Assembly: GCF_001194135.2 (NCBI RefSeq)
Contig: NC_068986.1
Span: 49,545,863 to 49,583,155, forward strand
Direction of reading: 5' to 3'
DNA from: Octopus bimaculoides
Lineage: Eukaryota
Length of the DNA stretch: 37,293 nucleotides
This document shows, piece after piece, positions 33,934-37,293 of the stretch. The notes under the pieces are model-generated. The model had not been told where the DNA came from. It did not search any database and worked only from the letters and a program-made list of their open reading frames with translations. A program made the translations under genes and the position numbers. Within the stretch, counting starts at the first letter, position 1, and the number at the start of each line of letters is the position of its first letter.

Positions 33934-34037
33934 TGTATATATATACATGTATCTGTGTTTGTACCCGTGTCTGTGTTTGTACCCGTGTCTGTGTTTGTAC
34001 CTGTGTCTGTGTTTGTACCCGCACCATCGCTTAACAA
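33625..34037 (+). mobile_element. SINE family A, 5' two-thirds, with expanded internal repeats
   Basis: GGCGCAGGTGTGTCTGTGTGGTAAGAAGCTTGCTTCCC..GAAAGAAGCTCGTCG..ACCATCGCTTAACAA. Confidence 0.85.
33949..34020. repeat. 18-bp minisatellite GTGTCTGTGTTTGTACCC x4
   Basis: Units at 33949, 33967, 33985 and 34003. Confidence 0.95.
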
Positions 34038-34519
34038 GGGCACTATATCAGTAACCGGTTGTTTGTCAGTGACTCAAGTAGTCTGATACTATATGTTTTC
34101 GTCTCTGTCCAAACGATTCCATACGTATCATTGACCAGTCTTTTGCTGACTTTCAAAGAATTCTAGCATTCAAATTAAAAGATGAAAAGTTGTGTTGTTT
34201 CTCGTGCAGATACAGATGAAAGCGAATTATAAAAGTAACCCAATATCCATTAAAAAGAAGCACATTGCAAGGGAATTATTTCTTTCCATTCCTTTCTGAC
34301 CTGGAGTGTGTTTCTGGGTAACATCTCTACCTGTTAGAAATAGTAGCTAGACGTCTAGCAAATTAGACTCATCTTAAAACTGAACATTAGATGATATGAT
34401 ACAAAAACTTTTATGCCTGAAAATAAAACAGGATAGTCACGACTGGATTGTTCTTGTACAATCCAGACCAAGCTTGTGAGTCTTTGGTTATGAGGCAGCA
34501 GCAATAACAACAACCTTTA

Positions 34520-35510
34520 ATCAATATGTTAAATTAGACTTGATTCGAATAAATACTGGAGAGAACAATTAATTTATGTAAACAGCCCTATGTTTGCACA
34601 CTGCAGATGATGAGGGATTAGAAACATTGCTAGATACCATGCACGGATTTATTATAGCAATCCATACGAGATTCGAATTAGTAAAATGCGCCAAAGCAAA
34701 CTTGAAGAGAAGAAATTTAATTAAGAACATTAACGTCATGTTAGATAAAGAAACATAGATAGAAATATTAAATCACATATAGATATACAAATATTTAGGA
34801 ATAAATTAACTACACAGTGTACAACATTCACAAATGACAGAAAAGTTAGAAAGAACGCTATAGAAAAATTTGTTCAATACTTAAAACAGCTTAATAAAAA
34901 TATAAGATAATAGGCATCGATACTCCAGCTGTGCCAGTAATAAATTATAGTTATAATATTCTCAACTAAACGCTACATGAATTGGCAAAACTAGGCGGTA
35001 AAGCAAGAAAAATAATGGACTACATTTGTTATACAGCACCCAAAATTTGACAAAGAAAGATTGTGTTTGCCATGAATACAAGAATCACGGGGCTAATACA
35101 ACTAAAAATCCATTATAAGATATCCATTGTGCCGCAATAAAAGTATTTAGTAAAGAATAATGGAAGACAAATGCAAGTAGTTACAAAACACGAACAAAAC
35201 AATTAAAAAAAAACTGTTATAATTCTTCAAGGAAGCCAGATAATATGTGACAGTGGTTGAAATGACAAAGGAGAAACAACAGAAATTGTGAAAATCCTAA
35301 AATGTAAACTACAGAATTCCATGCTGAATTAATGACAAGAAAATATTCTACAGACACAAGAAAAAATTGCAACAGTGCCTCAGTCAAAGTTGAGACTGAA
35401 AACGAACAGTATAACATCAAAATATTCTCACTAGCAATTACCAAAACGTATCTAATGAAGAGGATATAGAAGATAACAACAGGGTACGTGGACATTGAGA
35501 AGAAACTATT
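34520..35510 (+). pseudogene. Old, decayed Dong/R4-like LINE RT-thumb fragment (family b relative)
   Basis: DDEGLETLLDTMHGF..KCAKANLKR..YKYLGIN..AVPVINYSYNILN..HPKFDKERLCLP..GLIQL..KVETE aligns by eye with the 11711-13406 protein; many stops and frameshifts. Confidence 0.8.
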
Positions 35511-35869
35511 ATCCGTATTGTCTCTGTCAGCCTAGTTTTAACCAAAGAAGACTACATCTATAGGCATGACTTACTTGGAGCTTACATACACTGGACACTA
35601 ATTCAGCAAATTATGGAAGTAGTGAAAATCAGAATGAGGTATCAGATCGATCATCCTGCGATATAACCAAGTCACGCAAACAGGAAGATCAAGGTTAACT
35701 GTCTGCATATTGTCGTTACGGCCATCAAGAAGAGAAATGTTTATCGAAAGAATTGTCAATTTATAAAGGGGGTGGAGAAAAAAATTATCTGGAAATACAG
35801 GCAGGCTTTTATGCAATTGACTTACACCCCACCCCCAGATTCCTGGGCTTCAGCTTATAGCAGAATGAA

Positions 35870-35902
<33 letters not shown>

Positions 35903-36447
35903 GAGTGAGAGAGCAGTGCATGCCATCAAAATGACACGGGTAAAATATACGAAGCCCATTATACCCATCATGACTACCCGTCTGATAAGGGTACACCAGG
36001 CACATGCATCACAGCCATATGTGCGCGACATGGTGATCTCATATCAAGATAAACAGCGCATAACCTTGCAGGTGGAGCCCAGTTAGAATTTTCTTCAGGT
36101 CAAGTAGCCCATCCTGCTCAAAATGTCCCTGAATAAGGGTTGTTTAAGGATGTTGAGCAAAACACCCATGTTTTCAAAGGTGAATTATTCAAACCCCAAA
36201 GAATTCCTCTCAACACATGGCTATGATGCTCCCCACTACTTCTGCTCATGATCAGAGATGCACATATCGTCAGCCACCAAGGGACATGCTCAACTGGTTA
36301 AGGTCAAACAACTGACAAGCAAATCTGTGGTATTAAGCAGAATATTTACTGTAGCCCATCTTTTATACCAAGACAAAACAATGTACATGATAACACTTCC
36401 AATCGATTAAGATCAGAAGCCACGAGAGCCACTTCCTGGTACTGCAT
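35903..36447 (-). mobile_element. Unclassified ORF-less 545-bp interspersed repeat (family E) embedded in (TAA)n
   Basis: Flanked by (TTA)n at 35869-35902 and (ATT)n at 36448-36460; second partial copy at 13836-14015; no Pol III boxes or TIRs seen. Strand assumes (TAA)n is the 3' tail. Confidence 0.7.
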
Positions 36448-36497
36448 ATTATTATTATTAGTAGTAGTAGTAGTAATGGTAGTAGTAGTAGTAAAAA

Positions 36498-36697
36498 GGT
36501 GGCACGCTGAACAAAATGCATGGTGGCATTTCGTCCATCTCTACGTTCTCAGTTCAAATTTCGCCAAGGTCGACTTTTCCTTTTATCGCTTCGGGGTCGA
36601 TAAAATGCATTCCGGCTGAGCACTGGGGGTCAATGTAATCGACTTTCCGCGCCACCTCCGAAATTGTTGACCTTGTGCCAAAATTTGAAACCAATAT
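36498..36697 (+). mobile_element. SINE family B
   Basis: CAGTTCAAATTTCGCCAAGGTCGAC..TTCGGGGTCGATAAAATG..CCTTGTGCCAAAATTTGAAACCAATATT. Confidence 0.82.
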
Positions 36698-37209
36698 TAG
36701 TTCTGATATAGCTTACTTCAACATCTTAATAATATCCAGAGTTTTGATTATAAGAAATGAAAAAAAAAATCAATATTTCACATTAAATAAAATTCGGGAC
36801 TAACGGATTTTTGATAACAATAACCACTTGATAACATACACGGTTATTACTGGTTTAGGTTGTACGTGTGTGTGTGTATTTAAAAATATGTAAAGATATG
36901 TACACATCTATATGCATATATGTGTGTTTGTGTGTGTATGTAAAGACATGTGTGTGTGCGTGTGCGCATGCGTGTGTGTGTGAATATATATGTATGTATA
37001 TTGAGAAATTCATAGCGACGTATTTATTACTGAGGTTTCTTGATGGAAACGGTCTTCAGGTAAAATACTTACAGCAGTTGCAATTCTTAGCTAAATGTAA
37101 ATAAAAACATTTTTTAAAAATACAACTTTAAAAAAAGTAATACATAAAAAGAAAAACCCACCACAGCTCCTGGTAATAAATACGCCACATCGAATTTCTC
37201 AGTTTGAAA

Positions 37210-37238
37210 CATACATACATACGCACGCACATACATAT

Positions 37239-37293
<55 letters not shown>
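37210..37293. repeat. (CATA)n then (CA)n running to the window end
   Basis: Direct reading. Confidence 0.97.

Overview
Repeat-saturated, gapped (six N-runs) eukaryotic DNA with no recognisable host protein-coding gene, rRNA, true tRNA or CRISPR array. The mix of tRNA-derived SINEs, R4/Dong-like and Penelope-like retroelements and dense microsatellites looks like an octopus (coleoid cephalopod) draft genome; this is an inference from repeat content, not a database match. Nearly all listed ORFs are microsatellite or N-gap artefacts. The real coding signal is transposon debris: RLE-type non-LTR retrotransposons (two families), Penelope-like RT and N-terminal pieces, hAT, maT/DD37D and Tigger/pogo transposase remnants, and a single-frameshift ~304-aa retroelement-like ORF. 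Highlights: (1) a well-formed minus-strand minimal type I hammerhead ribozyme with a 72-nt AT-rich stem II, near a Penelope-like RT fragment; (2) two RLE-LINE families that seem to target different microsatellites, (TACA)n and (TAA)n, plus an ORF-less 545-bp element embedded in (TAA)n; (3) a hAT element inserted into the catalytic Pro-Asp codons of a LINE endonuclease; (4) nested DNA transposons bracketed by a perfect 36-bp inverted repeat; (5) fold-back palindromes inside microsatellite fields. Coordinates were read by eye, and degenerate element boundaries are approximate.
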